Of a stretch of DNA of 64,000 nucleotides, positions 31,310-44,522 are shown one piece after another. The notes under the pieces were generated by a model that worked only from the letters and a program-made list of their open reading frames with translations, was not told the DNA's origin and made no database searches. This stretch comes from Bacillus subtilis subsp. subtilis str. 168 (GTDB taxonomy: Bacteria > Bacillota > Bacilli > Bacillales > Bacillaceae). The stretch spans positions 1,736,001 to 1,800,000 of the forward strand of contig NC_000964.3 in NCBI RefSeq assembly GCF_000009045.1. Direction: 5' to 3'. The first letter of the stretch is position 1, and each line of letters opens with the position of its first letter. A program made the position numbers and the translations under genes.

Positions 31310-32872
31310 ATGACCCCAATTATGATGGTTCTCATCTCCATTTTGCTGATTCTACTCGGTTTAGTTGTTGGCTACTTTGTTCGTAAAACCATTGCCGAAG
31401 CGAAAATTGCGGGCGCACGCGGTGCAGCCGAGCAAATTCTTGAAGATGCGAAGCGTGATGCTGAAGCACTGAAAAAAGAAGCTCTGCTTGAAGCAAAGGA
31501 TGAAATCCACAAACTTCGAATAGATGCTGAACAGGAAGTTCGTGAAAGACGAAATGAGCTTCAAAAACAAGAAAACCGTTTACTCCAAAAGGAGGAAAAC
31601 CTTGATCGCAAACATGAGGGAATTGATAAACGGGAAGCGATGTTGGAGAAGAAAGATCATTCTCTGAATGAACGACAACAACATATTGAAGAGATGGAAA
31701 GCAAAGTGGATGAGATGATTCGTATGCAGCAGTCTGAGTTGGAACGAATTTCGAGTCTGACTCGTGACGAAGCGAAACAAATCATTCTTGAGCGGGTTGA
31801 AAACGAGCTTTCACATGACATCGCCATCATGACAAAAGAAACTGAAAACCGTGCGAAAGAAGAGGCGGATAAGAAAGCGAAAAACATTCTTTCACTCGCC
31901 TTACAGCGCTGCGCAGCGGACCACGTTGCCGAAACAACGGTATCAGTTGTCAATCTTCCAAATGATGAGATGAAAGGACGTATCATCGGACGGGAAGGGC
32001 GTAACATTCGTACGCTTGAAACGCTGACAGGAATTGACCTGATTATTGATGATACGCCTGAAGCTGTCATTCTTTCCGGATTTGATCCGATCAGACGTGA
32101 GACAGCCAGAATTGCTCTTGATAAACTCGTTCAGGATGGCCGTATTCATCCGGCACGGATTGAAGAAATGGTTGAAAAATCTCGCCGCGAGGTCGATGAC
32201 TATATTCGTGAGATGGGTGAGCAAACGACATTTGAGGTTGGCGTTCATGGCCTCCACCCAGATCTCATCAAGATCCTCGGCCGCTTAAAGTTCCGTACAA
32301 GCTACGGTCAAAATGTGCTTAAGCATTCCATGGAAGTCGCATTCTTGGCCGGTCTAATGGCATCGGAGCTTGGTGAAGACGCAAAGCTTGCTAAACGTGC
32401 GGGTCTTCTTCACGACATCGGGAAAGCAATTGACCATGAAGTAGAAGGAAGCCACGTTGAGATCGGGGTAGAGCTTGCGACCAAATATAAAGAGCACCCA
32501 GTCGTGATTAACAGTATTGCATCACACCACGGGGACGAGGAGCCGACTTCCATTATTGCTGTACTGGTAGCTGCAGCAGATGCGCTTTCCGCTGCAAGAC
32601 CTGGCGCAAGAAGTGAGACGCTCGAGAATTATATTCGAAGACTTGAAAAACTTGAAGAAATTTCTGAGTCCTACGAAGGTGTTGAAAAATCATTTGCCAT
32701 TCAGGCTGGACGCGAAGTGCGAATTATGGTGAAGCCGGATTCAATTAATGATCTTGAGGCTCATCGACTGGCGCGAGATATCCGCAAGCGAATTGAGGAC
32801 GAGCTCGATTATCCAGGTCATATTAAGGTGACAGTAATCAGAGAGACTCGAGCCGTAGAGTATGCAAAATAA
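31310..32872 (+). CDS. rny: Ribonuclease Y
   Basis: N-terminal TM, coiled coil, KH ([13 protein letters not shown]), HD (LLHDIGK). Confidence 0.99.
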   Translation: MTPIMMVLISILLILLGLVVGYFVRKTIAEAKIAGARGAAEQILEDAKRDAEALKKEALLEAKDEIHKLRIDAEQEVRERRNELQKQENRLLQKEENLDRKHEGIDKREAMLEKKDHSLNERQQHIEEMESKVDEMIRMQQSELERISSLTRDEAKQIILERVENELSHDIAIMTKETENRAKEEADKKAKNILSLALQRCAADHVAETTVSVVNLPNDEMKGRIIGREGRNIRTLETLTGIDLIIDDTPEAVILSGFDPIRRETARIALDKLVQDGRIHPARIEEMVEKSRREVDDYIREMGEQTTFEVGVHGLHPDLIKILGRLKFRTSYGQNVLKHSMEVAFLAGLMASELGEDAKLAKRAGLLHDIGKAIDHEVEGSHVEIGVELATKYKEHPVVINSIASHHGDEEPTSIIAVLVAAADALSAARPGARSETLENYIRRLEKLEEISESYEGVEKSFAIQAGREVRIMVKPDSINDLEAHRLARDIRKRIEDELDYPGHIKVTVIRETRAVEYAK

Positions 32873-32903
32873 AGTGATGCGCTAAGCATCACTTTATTTT
32901 TTT
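32866..32903 (+). terminator. Terminator between rny and ymdB
   Basis: AAAATAAAGTGATGC-GCTAA-GCATCACTTTATTTT-TTT. Confidence 0.85.
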
Positions 32904-32940
32904 GACGGCAAGGAATTTTCAAGAAGAAAGGATTTACAAA

Positions 32941-33735
32941 ATGAGAATTTTATTTATCGGAGATGTTGTCGGTTCACCGGGCCGTGACATGGTCAAAGAA
33001 TATGTACCAAAGCTAAAAACAAAATATAAGCCTCACTTTACCATTATTAATGGTGAAAACGCCGCACATGGAAAAGGCCTGACGGAAAAAATTTATCACA
33101 GCTTAATCCAGTCCGGCGCAGATGCAATCACAATGGGGAACCACACATGGGACAAAAAAGAAATATTTGATTTTATAGATGACGTTCCGAACTTGGTTCG
33201 CCCGGCAAACTTTCCTGAAGGAACACCGGGGAAAGGGATCACATATGTGAAAGCAAACGGCAAAGAACTAGCAGTCATTAATTTGCAGGGACGTACGTTT
33301 TTGCCGCCGCTTGATGACCCGTTTTTAAAAGCGGATGAATTGATCGCAGAAGCTGCGAAAAGAACACCGTACATTTTTATTGACTTTCATGCCGAAGCGA
33401 CAAGTGAAAAGCTCGCACTTGGCTGGTACACGGATGGACGGGCATCGGCTGTAGTAGGAACTCATACACACGTGCAAACAGCGGATAACCGCATTTTGCC
33501 GAAGGGAACGGCATATATTACTGATGTGGGAATGACTGGCCCGTATGACGGTATACTGGGGATGGACAGAGAGACGATTATTAAGCGATTCAAAACGAAC
33601 CTTCCAGTCCGGTTTACTGTCGCTGAAGGAAAAACAACGCTCAGCGGAGTTGTCATTGACATTGACGATCAAACGAAAAAAGCCGTGAAAATTGAGCGTA
33701 TTTTAATCAACGATGATCACATGTTCTTTGAATAG
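32941..33735 (+). CDS. ymdB: YmdB metallophosphoesterase (2',3'-cyclic nucleotide phosphodiesterase)
   Basis: LFIGDVVG, NGEN, GNH, DFHAEATSEK, GTHTHV, DVGMTG. Confidence 0.96.
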   Translation: MRILFIGDVVGSPGRDMVKEYVPKLKTKYKPHFTIINGENAAHGKGLTEKIYHSLIQSGADAITMGNHTWDKKEIFDFIDDVPNLVRPANFPEGTPGKGITYVKANGKELAVINLQGRTFLPPLDDPFLKADELIAEAAKRTPYIFIDFHAEATSEKLALGWYTDGRASAVVGTHTHVQTADNRILPKGTAYITDVGMTGPYDGILGMDRETIIKRFKTNLPVRFTVAEGKTTLSGVVIDIDDQTKKAVKIERILINDDHMFFE

Positions 33736-33775
33736 TTGAACATATGGTTATTTTATAAAAATATTAAAAAGAAAA

Positions 33776-33803
33776 GCAGGAATATAGCAACTCCTTAGTG
33801 AAT
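33776..33803 (+). promoter_or_regulatory. SigH promoter of spoVS
   Basis: GCAGGAATA-12 bp-AGTGAAT matches RNAGGAWWW-N11/12-RNNGAAT. Confidence 0.8.
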
Positions 33804-33934
33804 ATAGTAAAAATGGAAGGTAGCCCGCTATTTTTGAAAAGCATTGTGGGGATGGCTTTTTGGATAGCAACATCTAATAATGATTGTTCTAATGAACACT
33901 CACTTATCCATTGTAAAACTAAGGGGGAGCAGAA

Positions 33935-34195
33935 ATGGAAATCTTAAAAGTTTCAGCAAAATCGAGTCCAAATTCAGTGGCAGGTGCGCTTGCAGGCGTG
34001 TTGAGAGAGCGAGGAGCCGCCGAGATTCAAGCGATCGGAGCGGGTGCATTAAACCAGGCTGTAAAAGCTGTGGCGATTGCCAGGGGATTTGTGGCGCCAA
34101 GCGGCGTTGATTTGATTTGTATTCCGGCTTTTACAGATATTCAAATCGATGGGGAAGAAAGAACAGCGATTAAATTAATCGTGGAGCCTCGCTAA
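33935..34195 (+). CDS. spoVS: Stage V sporulation protein S
   Basis: MEILKVSAKSSPNSVAGALAG...GAGALNQAVKAVAIARG. Confidence 0.98.
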   Translation: MEILKVSAKSSPNSVAGALAGVLRERGAAEIQAIGAGALNQAVKAVAIARGFVAPSGVDLICIPAFTDIQIDGEERTAIKLIVEPR

Positions 34196-34213
34196 AAACA
34201 AATAAAGCATTCT

Positions 34214-34247
34214 CAACCTGTTTGCGTAATGCAAACAGGTTGTTTTT
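34214..34247 (+). terminator. Terminator after spoVS
   Basis: CAACCTGTTTGC-GTAAT-GCAAACAGGTTG-TTTTT. Confidence 0.9.
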
Positions 34248-34395
34248 CATTTATTGTGATATTTTCTCCCGATAGTATTTTTAGCACATAAATGAGCGAA
34301 TATACAAAATCAGAAATGAGCTAAAACGTTTCAAAAAAAATTTCCGCCCATTTTTCAAGACAGATACTTTTGTCCTTCTGGAAAAGACAGTTCTG

Positions 34396-34424
34396 TTTAC
34401 GCTTATTCCATATCATGGTACAAT
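34396..34424 (+). promoter_or_regulatory. SigA promoter of tdh-kbl
   Basis: TTTACG-17 bp-TACAAT with TG extension. Confidence 0.7.
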
Positions 34425-34460
34425 CCGAATATAACAAGAATTTTTCAAGGAGGATTGTAC

Positions 34461-35504
34461 ATGCAGAGTGGAAAGATGAAAGCTCTAATGAAAAAGGACG
34501 GGGCGTTCGGTGCTGTGCTGACTGAAGTTCCCATTCCTGAGATTGATAAACATGAAGTCCTCATAAAAGTGAAAGCCGCTTCCATATGCGGCACGGATGT
34601 CCACATTTATAATTGGGATCAATGGGCACGTCAGAGAATCAAAACACCCTATGTTTTCGGCCATGAGTTCAGCGGCATCGTAGAGGGCGTGGGAGAGAAT
34701 GTCAGCAGTGTAAAAGTGGGAGAGTATGTGTCTGCGGAAACACACATTGTCTGTGGTGAATGTGTCCCTTGCCTAACAGGAAAATCTCATGTGTGTACCA
34801 ATACTGCTATAATCGGAGTGGACACGGCAGGCTGTTTTGCGGAGTATGTAAAAGTTCCAGCTGATAACATTTGGAGAAATCCCGCTGATATGGACCCGTC
34901 GATTGCTTCCATTCAAGAGCCTTTAGGAAATGCAGTTCATACCGTACTCGAGAGCCAGCCTGCAGGAGGAACGACTGCAGTCATTGGATGCGGACCGATT
35001 GGTCTTATGGCTGTTGCGGTTGCAAAAGCAGCAGGAGCTTCTCAGGTGATAGCGATTGATAAGAATGAATACAGGCTGAGGCTTGCAAAACAAATGGGAG
35101 CGACTTGTACTGTTTCTATTGAAAAAGAAGACCCGCTCAAAATTGTAAGCGCTTTAACGAGTGGAGAAGGAGCAGATCTTGTTTGTGAGATGTCGGGCCA
35201 TCCCTCAGCGATTGCCCAAGGTCTTGCGATGGCTGCGAATGGCGGAAGATTTCATATTCTCAGCTTGCCGGAACATCCGGTGACAATTGATTTGACGAAT
35301 AAAGTGGTATTTAAAGGGCTTACCATCCAAGGAATCACAGGAAGAAAAATGTTTTCAACATGGCGCCAGGTGTCTCAGTTGATCAGTTCAAACATGATCG
35401 ATCTTGCACCTGTTATTACCCATCAGTTTCCATTAGAGGAGTTTGAAAAAGGTTTCGAACTGATGAGAAGCGGGCAGTGCGGAAAAGTAATTTTAATTCC
35501 ATAA
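34461..35504 (+). CDS. tdh: L-threonine 3-dehydrogenase
   Basis: ICGTDVH, GHEFSG, CGECVPC...C zinc site, GCGPIG; ATG 34461 7 nt after AGGAGG. Confidence 0.96.
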   Translation: MQSGKMKALMKKDGAFGAVLTEVPIPEIDKHEVLIKVKAASICGTDVHIYNWDQWARQRIKTPYVFGHEFSGIVEGVGENVSSVKVGEYVSAETHIVCGECVPCLTGKSHVCTNTAIIGVDTAGCFAEYVKVPADNIWRNPADMDPSIASIQEPLGNAVHTVLESQPAGGTTAVIGCGPIGLMAVAVAKAAGASQVIAIDKNEYRLRLAKQMGATCTVSIEKEDPLKIVSALTSGEGADLVCEMSGHPSAIAQGLAMAANGGRFHILSLPEHPVTIDLTNKVVFKGLTIQGITGRKMFSTWRQVSQLISSNMIDLAPVITHQFPLEEFEKGFELMRSGQCGKVILIP

Positions 35505-35516
35505 AGGGGGATAAAC

Positions 35517-36695
35517 ATGACGAAGGAATTTGAGTTTTTAAAAGCAGAGCTTAATAGTATGAAAGAAAACCATACATGGCAAGACATAAAACAGCTTGAA
35601 TCTATGCAGGGCCCATCTGTCACAGTGAATCACCAAAAAGTCATTCAGCTATCTTCTAATAATTACCTCGGATTCACTTCACATCCTAGACTCATCAACG
35701 CCGCACAGGAGGCCGTTCAGCAGTATGGAGCCGGCACCGGATCAGTGAGAACGATTGCGGGTACATTTACAATGCATCAAGAGCTTGAGAAAAAGCTGGC
35801 AGCCTTTAAAAAAACGGAGGCGGCACTTGTATTCCAATCAGGCTTCACAACAAACCAAGGCGTACTTTCAAGTATTCTATCAAAAGAGGACATTGTCATC
35901 TCAGATGAATTGAACCATGCCTCTATTATTGACGGAATTCGACTGACAAAGGCGGATAAAAAGGTGTATCAGCACGTCAATATGAGTGATTTAGAGCGGG
36001 TGCTGAGAAAGTCAATGAATTATCGGATGCGTCTGATTGTGACAGACGGCGTATTTTCCATGGATGGCAACATAGCTCCTCTGCCTGATATTGTAGAGCT
36101 CGCTGAGAAATATGACGCATTTGTGATGGTGGATGACGCCCATGCATCCGGAGTACTTGGCGAAAACGGCAGGGGAACGGTGAATCACTTCGGTCTTGAC
36201 GGCAGAGTGCATATTCAGGTCGGAACATTAAGCAAGGCAATCGGAGTGCTCGGCGGCTACGCTGCAGGTTCAAAGGTGCTGATCGATTATTTGCGCCATA
36301 AAGGCCGTCCATTTTTATTCAGCACATCTCATCCGCCGGCAGTCACTGCAGCTTGTATGGAAGCGATTGATGTCTTGCTTGAAGAGCCGGAGCATATGGA
36401 GCGCTTGTGGGAGAATACTGCCTATTTTAAAGCAATGCTTGTGAAAATGGGTCTGACTCTCACGAAGAGTGAAACGCCGATTCTTCCTATTTTAATAGGT
36501 GATGAAGGTGTGGCAAAGCAATTTTCAGATCAGCTCCTTTCTCGCGGTGTTTTTGCCCAAAGTATCGTTTTCCCGACTGTAGCAAAGGGAAAAGCCAGAA
36601 TTCGCACGATTATAACAGCAGAGCACACCAAAGATGAACTGGATCAGGCGCTTGATGTCATCGAAAAGACGGCAAAGGAGCTCCAGCTATTGTAA
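35517..36695 (+). CDS. kbl: Glycine C-acetyltransferase (2-amino-3-ketobutyrate CoA ligase)
   Basis: SSNNYLG, NHASIIDG, DDAHA, GTLSKA PLP Lys; operon with tdh. Confidence 0.93.
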   Translation: MTKEFEFLKAELNSMKENHTWQDIKQLESMQGPSVTVNHQKVIQLSSNNYLGFTSHPRLINAAQEAVQQYGAGTGSVRTIAGTFTMHQELEKKLAAFKKTEAALVFQSGFTTNQGVLSSILSKEDIVISDELNHASIIDGIRLTKADKKVYQHVNMSDLERVLRKSMNYRMRLIVTDGVFSMDGNIAPLPDIVELAEKYDAFVMVDDAHASGVLGENGRGTVNHFGLDGRVHIQVGTLSKAIGVLGGYAAGSKVLIDYLRHKGRPFLFSTSHPPAVTAACMEAIDVLLEEPEHMERLWENTAYFKAMLVKMGLTLTKSETPILPILIGDEGVAKQFSDQLLSRGVFAQSIVFPTVAKGKARIRTIITAEHTKDELDQALDVIEKTAKELQLL

Positions 36696-36696
36696 C

Positions 36697-36724
36697 AAGA
36701 GGAAGAGTTTACTCTTCCTCTTTT
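36697..36724 (+). terminator. Terminator after kbl
   Basis: AAGAGGAAGAG-TTTA-CTCTTCCTCTT-TT. Confidence 0.8.
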
Positions 36725-36733
36725 GATTCCTTA

Positions 36734-36762
36734 TTGATTATTATTCTCAATGAGTGTACAAT
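36734..36762 (+). promoter_or_regulatory. SigA promoter of miaB-ricA
   Basis: TTGATT-17 bp-TACAAT. Confidence 0.7.
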
Positions 36763-36842
36763 GATAGGTTGCCAGTTGTGCAGAGCTTCAATAACCTTTA
36801 TACTGAAGGGTGGAAGTTTGGTTTGAAAGGAGAAAATATGAC

Positions 36843-38372
36843 ATGAATGAAAAACAAAAATTAGAGAGCGGACAAGTTCATCCATCGGACAAAAAATCCG
36901 AGAAGGATTACAGCAAGTACTTTGAAGCTGTTTACATTCCGCCTTCTTTAAAAGACGCGAAAAAACGAGGCAAGGAAGCCGTTACTTATCATAATGACTT
37001 TAAAATTTCTGAACAATTTAAAGGATTGGGAGACGGAAGAAAGTTCTATATCCGTACGTACGGCTGCCAAATGAATGAACACGATACAGAGGTTATGGCA
37101 GGGATCTTTATGGCGCTCGGTTACGAAGCGACAAACTCTGTTGACGATGCCAATGTCATTTTGTTAAATACATGTGCAATCCGTGAAAATGCTGAAAACA
37201 AGGTGTTTGGTGAGCTCGGGCACTTAAAAGCACTGAAAAAAAACAATCCCGATCTGATTTTAGGCGTGTGCGGCTGTATGTCCCAAGAGGAATCAGTCGT
37301 GAACCGTATTTTGAAAAAACATCCGTTTGTCGATATGATTTTCGGAACGCATAACATTCATCGCCTGCCGGAGCTTTTGTCAGAAGCATACCTTTCAAAA
37401 GAAATGGTTGTAGAAGTTTGGTCTAAGGAAGGGGACGTTATTGAAAACCTTCCAAAAGTCCGAAATGGAAAAATTAAGGGCTGGGTCAATATCATGTACG
37501 GCTGTGACAAATTCTGTACGTATTGCATTGTGCCTTACACACGCGGAAAAGAAAGAAGCCGCCGCCCTGAGGATATCATTCAGGAAGTGAGAAGGCTCGC
37601 AAGTGAAGGCTATAAGGAAATTACTCTGTTAGGCCAAAACGTAAACGCGTATGGAAAAGACTTTGAAGATATGACGTACGGACTTGGTGATTTGATGGAT
37701 GAACTGAGAAAAATCGATATCCCGAGAATCCGTTTTACAACGAGTCATCCGCGCGACTTTGACGACCGCCTCATTGAAGTGCTGGCAAAAGGCGGAAATC
37801 TGCTTGATCACATTCATCTTCCGGTTCAATCAGGAAGCTCAGAAGTTCTCAAGCTGATGGCCCGCAAATATGACAGAGAGCGTTACATGGAGCTGGTGCG
37901 AAAAATTAAAGAAGCAATGCCAAACGCTTCTTTGACAACGGACATTATCGTCGGATTTCCAAATGAAACGGACGAACAGTTTGAAGAAACGCTTTCTCTA
38001 TACCGTGAAGTGGAGTTTGACAGCGCCTATACGTTCATTTACTCTCCGCGTGAAGGCACTCCGGCTGCTAAGATGAAAGATAATGTACCGATGCGTGTGA
38101 AAAAAGAACGCCTGCAGCGTCTAAACGCACTGGTGAATGAAATTTCTGCTAAAAAAATGAAGGAATACGAAGGCAAGGTTGTCGAAGTATTAGTTGAGGG
38201 TGAAAGCAAAAATAACCCTGATATTCTTGCTGGCTATACTGAAAAAAGCAAGCTTGTCAATTTCAAAGGGCCGAAGGAAGCCATCGGCAAAATCGTCCGC
38301 GTGAAAATCCAGCAAGCGAAAACATGGTCGCTTGACGGAGAAATGGTAGGAGAAGCAATCGAGGTGAAATGA
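36843..38372 (+). CDS. miaB: tRNA-2-methylthio-N6-dimethylallyladenosine synthase
   Basis: TYGCQMN, NTCAIRE, radical [16 protein letters not shown] domain; start moved from 36810. Confidence 0.97.
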   Translation: MNEKQKLESGQVHPSDKKSEKDYSKYFEAVYIPPSLKDAKKRGKEAVTYHNDFKISEQFKGLGDGRKFYIRTYGCQMNEHDTEVMAGIFMALGYEATNSVDDANVILLNTCAIRENAENKVFGELGHLKALKKNNPDLILGVCGCMSQEESVVNRILKKHPFVDMIFGTHNIHRLPELLSEAYLSKEMVVEVWSKEGDVIENLPKVRNGKIKGWVNIMYGCDKFCTYCIVPYTRGKERSRRPEDIIQEVRRLASEGYKEITLLGQNVNAYGKDFEDMTYGLGDLMDELRKIDIPRIRFTTSHPRDFDDRLIEVLAKGGNLLDHIHLPVQSGSSEVLKLMARKYDRERYMELVRKIKEAMPNASLTTDIIVGFPNETDEQFEETLSLYREVEFDSAYTFIYSPREGTPAAKMKDNVPMRVKKERLQRLNALVNEISAKKMKEYEGKVVEVLVEGESKNNPDILAGYTEKSKLVNFKGPKEAIGKIVRVKIQQAKTWSLDGEMVGEAIEVK

Positions 38373-38373
38373 G

Positions 38374-38805
38374 ATGACGCTCTACTCAAAAAAAGACATT
38401 GTGCAGCAGGCTCGAAACCTTGCAAAAATGATTTCTGAAACAGAAGAGGTTGATTTTTTCAAACGGGCTGAAGCGCAAATCAATGAGAATGACAAAGTGT
38501 CCACAATCGTTAATCAGATTAAAGCCCTGCAAAAGCAGGCTGTCAATCTGAAGCATTATGAAAAGCATGAAGCGCTCAAACAAGTAGAAGCAAAAATTGA
38601 CGCGCTGCAAGAAGAGCTTGAAGAGATTCCTGTTATCCAGGAATTCAGAGACTCGCAAATGGAAGTAAATGACCTACTGCAGCTCGTTGCACACACCATT
38701 TCCAACCAAGTCACAAATGAAATCATCACATCAACCGGAGGCGACCTGCTGAAAGGGGAAACCGGTTCAAAGGTGAAGCATTCAAATAACAGCTGTTCTC
38801 TCTAA
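38374..38805 (+). CDS. ricA: RicA (YmcA), RicAFT/Y-complex subunit
   Basis: MTLYSKKDIV...EEVDFFKRAE; 143 aa; directly after miaB. Confidence 0.93.
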   Translation: MTLYSKKDIVQQARNLAKMISETEEVDFFKRAEAQINENDKVSTIVNQIKALQKQAVNLKHYEKHEALKQVEAKIDALQEELEEIPVIQEFRDSQMEVNDLLQLVAHTISNQVTNEIITSTGGDLLKGETGSKVKHSNNSCSL

Positions 38806-38836
38806 ACACGGTGCCTTTACAGGCCCGTGTTTTTTT
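38804..38836 (+). terminator. Terminator after ricA
   Basis: AAACACGG-TGCC...GGC-CCGTGTTT-TTTT. Confidence 0.75.
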
Positions 38837-38957
38837 ATCATTTGTGCGGTTAAAAATGAACTAAATAATCTATGTACCAAATGTTCAATTGGTTTTTCTG
38901 TGCTCAGCCGCGTATAAACTTTATCGCACTTATAAGTAAAGTTTCTAGGCACCCCTG

Positions 38958-38965
38958 CATACAAT
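38958..38965 (+). promoter_or_regulatory. SigE -10 element (cotE upstream promoter)
   Basis: CATACAAT is the SigE -10 consensus. Confidence 0.65.
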
Positions 38966-39007
38966 GGAACAGAAACTTTGTATTTTTATATTTTATTTAT
39001 AAAAATG

Positions 39008-39035
39008 CACACTAGACAAATGCCCAGCATAAGAT
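39008..39035 (+). promoter_or_regulatory. SigK-type promoter (cotE proximal promoter)
   Basis: CACA-16 bp-CATAAGAT. Confidence 0.7.
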
Positions 39036-39066
39036 AACACGAAGAAGAACAAGGAGGCATGCCGGA

Positions 39067-39612
39067 ATGTCTGAATACAGGGAAATTATTACGAAGGCAG
39101 TAGTAGCGAAAGGCCGAAAATTCACCCAATGCACCAACACCATCTCGCCTGAGAAAAAACCGAGCAGCATTTTGGGTGGTTGGATTATTAACCACAAGTA
39201 TGACGCTGAAAAAATTGGAAAAACGGTAGAAATTGAAGGGTATTATGATATAAACGTATGGTACTCTTACGCGGACAACACAAAGACAGAGGTTGTCACA
39301 GAACGGGTAAAATATGTAGATGTCATTAAACTCAGATACAGAGACAATAATTACTTAGATGATGAGCATGAAGTGATTGCCAAAGTGCTTCAGCAGCCAA
39401 ACTGCCTTGAAGTGACCATTTCGCCGAATGGAAATAAAATCGTTGTGCAGGCAGAAAGAGAATTTTTGGCGGAAGTGGTAGGGGAAACAAAGGTAGTTGT
39501 TGAGGTCAATCCTGACTGGGAAGAGGATGACGAGGAAGATTGGGAAGATGAGCTTGATGAAGAGCTTGAAGACATCAACCCGGAGTTTTTAGTGGGAGAT
39601 CCTGAAGAATAA
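39067..39612 (+). CDS. cotE: Outer spore coat morphogenetic protein CotE
   Basis: [16 protein letters not shown]...ILGGWIINH; acidic C-terminal tail. Confidence 0.98.
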
Positions 39613-39653
39613 AAAAGGGACTAGGGGAGACAGTACCCCCAAGTCTCTTTTTT
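39611..39653 (+). terminator. Terminator after cotE
   Basis: AAAAAAGGGACT-AGGGG...CCCCCA-AGTCTCTTTTTT. Confidence 0.7.
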
Positions 39654-39689
39654 ATATTGATATATCATTCTTTTATCACTTTTTGTTTA

Positions 39690-39698
39690 TGTTATAAT
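39690..39698 (+). promoter_or_regulatory. Extended -10 SigA element of mutSL
   Basis: TGTTATAAT. Confidence 0.6.
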
Positions 39699-39744
39699 GA
39701 AGGTTGGAAAATAGAAACGTTGATACATAGTGAGGGATTAAACA

Positions 39745-42321
39745 ATGGCCGGTTATACGCCTATGATACAGCAATATTTAAAAATAAAGGCAGAGCACCA
39801 GGATGCCTTTTTATTTTTTCGCCTGGGTGATTTTTATGAAATGTTTTTTGAGGACGCCAAAAAAGCGTCACAAGAGCTGGAAATTACGTTAACGAGCAGA
39901 GACGGCGGTGCGGCTGAAAAAATACCGATGTGCGGTGTGCCGTATCATTCTGCTTCCGCGTATATCGAACAGCTTATTAAAAAAGGATACAAAGTGGCGA
40001 TCTGTGAACAGACGGAAGATCCGAAAGCCGCAAAGGGCGTTGTGAAAAGAGAAGTAGTTCAGCTGATTACGCCCGGAACTGTAATGGACGGCAAAGGCAT
40101 CCATGAGTCGGAAAATAATTTTATCGCATCTGTTTCAGCCTGCTCGAACGGATACGGACTTGCTCTGTCTGATTTAACAACGGGAGAAAATTTGGCTGTT
40201 TTGATTGAACGGCTTGAAGACGTCATATCAGAAATTTATTCAGTCGGCGCACGGGAAATCGTGGTTTCAGGAAGCTTGGATGCCGATACAGTGGCACAGC
40301 TGAGAGAGCGGTGCGGTGCAACGATTTCAATTGAAGACGGAGAAACAGACGAACACGTAACGATCATTGAGCACTTAAATAATGAAGATATAACAAAAAC
40401 ATTTCTGCGCTTATATACGTATTTGAAAAGAACCCAAAAGCGCAGCCTTGATCATCTTCAGCCCGTGCAGGTGTATGAGCTTGAGGAAGCGATGAAAATT
40501 GACTTGTACTCAAAGCGTAATCTGGAGCTGACCGAAACGATTCGTTCGAAAAATAAAAAAGGCTCCCTTTTGTGGCTGCTGGATGAAACAAAAACGGCAA
40601 TGGGAGGCCGGCTACTTAAACAGTGGATTGACCGGCCGCTTATCAGAGTCAATCAAATCGAAGAGCGCCAAGAAATGGTGGAAACATTAATGTCCCATTT
40701 CTTTGAACGGGAAGATCTGCGTGAACGTTTAAAAGAAGTATATGACTTAGAACGCCTTGCCGGCCGCGTTGCATTCGGAAATGTCAATGCCCGGGATTTG
40801 ATTCAGCTGAAGGAATCGTTAAAGCAAGTGCCTGGCATCAAACAGCTGGTTGCTTCACTGGCTCATGACAAGGCCAAGGAACGTGCAAAGCGCATTGACC
40901 CTTGCGGGGATGTACTTGAACTGCTGGAAGAAGCGCTGTACGAAAACCCTCCTTTATCGGTAAAAGAAGGGAACCTGATTAAAGATGGTTATAATCAAAA
41001 GCTTGATGAATATCGTGATGCAAGCAGAAACGGAAAAGACTGGATTGCCCGCCTGGAACAGCAGGAGCGGGAATACACAGGCATTCGCTCTTTAAAGGTC
41101 GGCTTTAATAAAGTTTTCGGTTATTACATTGAAGTGACAAAAGCAAACTTGCATTTGCTTGAGGAAGGGCGTTATGAGCGGAAGCAGACGTTAACCAATG
41201 CAGAGCGCTACATTACACCTGAATTAAAAGAAAAAGAAGCGCTCATTTTAGAGGCGGAAAATAACATCTGTGAGCTGGAGTACGAGCTGTTTACCGAGCT
41301 GCGCGAGAAAGTGAAGCAGTATATTCCGCGGCTGCAGCAGCTTGCAAAACAGATGAGCGAGCTGGACGCACTGCAATGCTTTGCGACAATCAGTGAAAAT
41401 CGCCACTACACGAAACCAGAGTTCTCTAAAGATGAAGTCGAAGTGATTGAAGGCAGACACCCGGTTGTTGAAAAAGTCATGGACAGCCAGGAATATGTCC
41501 CGAACAACTGTATGATGGGCGATAACAGACAAATGCTTCTCATTACAGGTCCAAACATGTCAGGGAAAAGCACGTATATGAGACAAATCGCGCTCATTTC
41601 CATTATGGCGCAAATCGGCTGCTTTGTACCCGCGAAAAAAGCGGTGCTCCCGATTTTCGATCAAATTTTTACGCGAATCGGCGCTGCAGATGATTTGATT
41701 TCCGGACAAAGTACATTTATGGTAGAAATGCTTGAAGCGAAAAATGCGATTGTCAATGCGACGAAAAACAGCCTCATTCTGTTTGATGAAATCGGGCGGG
41801 GAACGTCCACTTATGACGGCATGGCGCTGGCACAGGCGATTATTGAATATGTTCACGATCATATCGGCGCCAAGACGCTGTTCAGCACACACTATCACGA
41901 GCTGACCGTTCTTGAGGACAAGCTGCCCCAGCTGAAAAACGTTCATGTTCGCGCTGAAGAATATAACGGAACGGTTGTCTTTCTTCATCAAATTAAAGAA
42001 GGTGCGGCTGATAAAAGCTATGGTATCCATGTAGCTCAGCTTGCCGAACTGCCGGGAGATCTGATTGCGCGCGCTCAAGATATTTTAAAAGAGCTTGAGC
42101 ATTCAGGAAACAAACCGGAAGTGCCGGTGCAGAAACCTCAGGTGAAAGAAGAGCCGGCACAGCTGTCCTTTTTTGACGAAGCGGAAAAGCCGGCTGAAAC
42201 ACCAAAGCTTTCAAAAAAAGAAAAGCAAGTGATCGATGCTTTCAAATCACTTAATATACTGGATATGACACCGCTTGAAGCGATGAATGAAATGTACAAG
42301 CTGCAAAAGAAATTACATTAA
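39745..42321 (+). CDS. mutS: DNA mismatch repair protein MutS
   Basis: [41 protein letters not shown]. Confidence 0.99.
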   Translation: MAGYTPMIQQYLKIKAEHQDAFLFFRLGDFYEMFFEDAKKASQELEITLTSRDGGAAEKIPMCGVPYHSASAYIEQLIKKGYKVAICEQTEDPKAAKGVVKREVVQLITPGTVMDGKGIHESENNFIASVSACSNGYGLALSDLTTGENLAVLIERLEDVISEIYSVGAREIVVSGSLDADTVAQLRERCGATISIEDGETDEHVTIIEHLNNEDITKTFLRLYTYLKRTQKRSLDHLQPVQVYELEEAMKIDLYSKRNLELTETIRSKNKKGSLLWLLDETKTAMGGRLLKQWIDRPLIRVNQIEERQEMVETLMSHFFEREDLRERLKEVYDLERLAGRVAFGNVNARDLIQLKESLKQVPGIKQLVASLAHDKAKERAKRIDPCGDVLELLEEALYENPPLSVKEGNLIKDGYNQKLDEYRDASRNGKDWIARLEQQEREYTGIRSLKVGFNKVFGYYIEVTKANLHLLEEGRYERKQTLTNAERYITPELKEKEALILEAENNICELEYELFTELREKVKQYIPRLQQLAKQMSELDALQCFATISENRHYTKPEFSKDEVEVIEGRHPVVEKVMDSQEYVPNNCMMGDNRQMLLITGPNMSGKSTYMRQIALISIMAQIGCFVPAKKAVLPIFDQIFTRIGAADDLISGQSTFMVEMLEAKNAIVNATKNSLILFDEIGRGTSTYDGMALAQAIIEYVHDHIGAKTLFSTHYHELTVLEDKLPQLKNVHVRAEEYNGTVVFLHQIKEGAADKSYGIHVAQLAELPGDLIARAQDILKELEHSGNKPEVPVQKPQVKEEPAQLSFFDEAEKPAETPKLSKKEKQVIDAFKSLNILDMTPLEAMNEMYKLQKKLH

Positions 42322-44220
<1,899 letters not shown>

Positions 44221-44232
44221 CGGGGGTGGTAG

Positions 44233-44270
44233 GCATTGATCCATTCTCTGAATGGATCAATGCTTTTTTT
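44233..44270 (+). terminator. Intrinsic terminator after mutL
   Basis: Perfect 14-bp stem GCATTGATCCATTC-TCT-GAATGGATCAATGC plus T7. Confidence 0.92.
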
Positions 44271-44368
44271 GTACTCCTTCGAGTGTCAGATTATAAGAAA
44301 CGGTTGTAAACGTGTGAGCAGTGTTAACGCATTATACTTCATGGTTCCTCCGTATAACAAAATTTCCA

Positions 44369-44397
44369 TTTACAGGCAATTGGGATTAATGTATATT
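44369..44397 (+). promoter_or_regulatory. SigA-like promoter of an intergenic small gene
   Basis: TTTACA-17 bp-TATATT. Confidence 0.6.
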
Positions 44398-44419
44398 TTG
44401 GGTGAGGGGGTGGAAACAT

Positions 44420-44503
44420 ATGGCATGTGGTCCGAAGATCATTATCTTTTTGGATGAACTTGATGATCCAAATGTGAGAATCATTTTAGAATGCAGAATT
44501 TAA
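44420..44503 (+). CDS. Candidate small protein, 27 aa (MACGPKIIIFLDELDDPNVRIILECRI)
   Basis: ATG 9 nt after GAGGGGG; upstream promoter; dedicated downstream terminator; below ORF-track cutoff. Confidence 0.6.
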   Translation: MACGPKIIIFLDELDDPNVRIILECRI

Positions 44504-44522
44504 ATTACAACATTGTGTTTTG

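Noticed and set aside
39520-39612. GA-rich low-complexity run (GAGGATGACGAGGAAGAT...)
   Set aside because: Encodes the acidic CotE tail; not a DNA repeat element.
44236-44457. 73-aa + strand ORF after mutL
   Set aside because: Starts inside the mutL terminator stem, has no SD, and overlaps the better-supported 27-aa ORF in a different frame.
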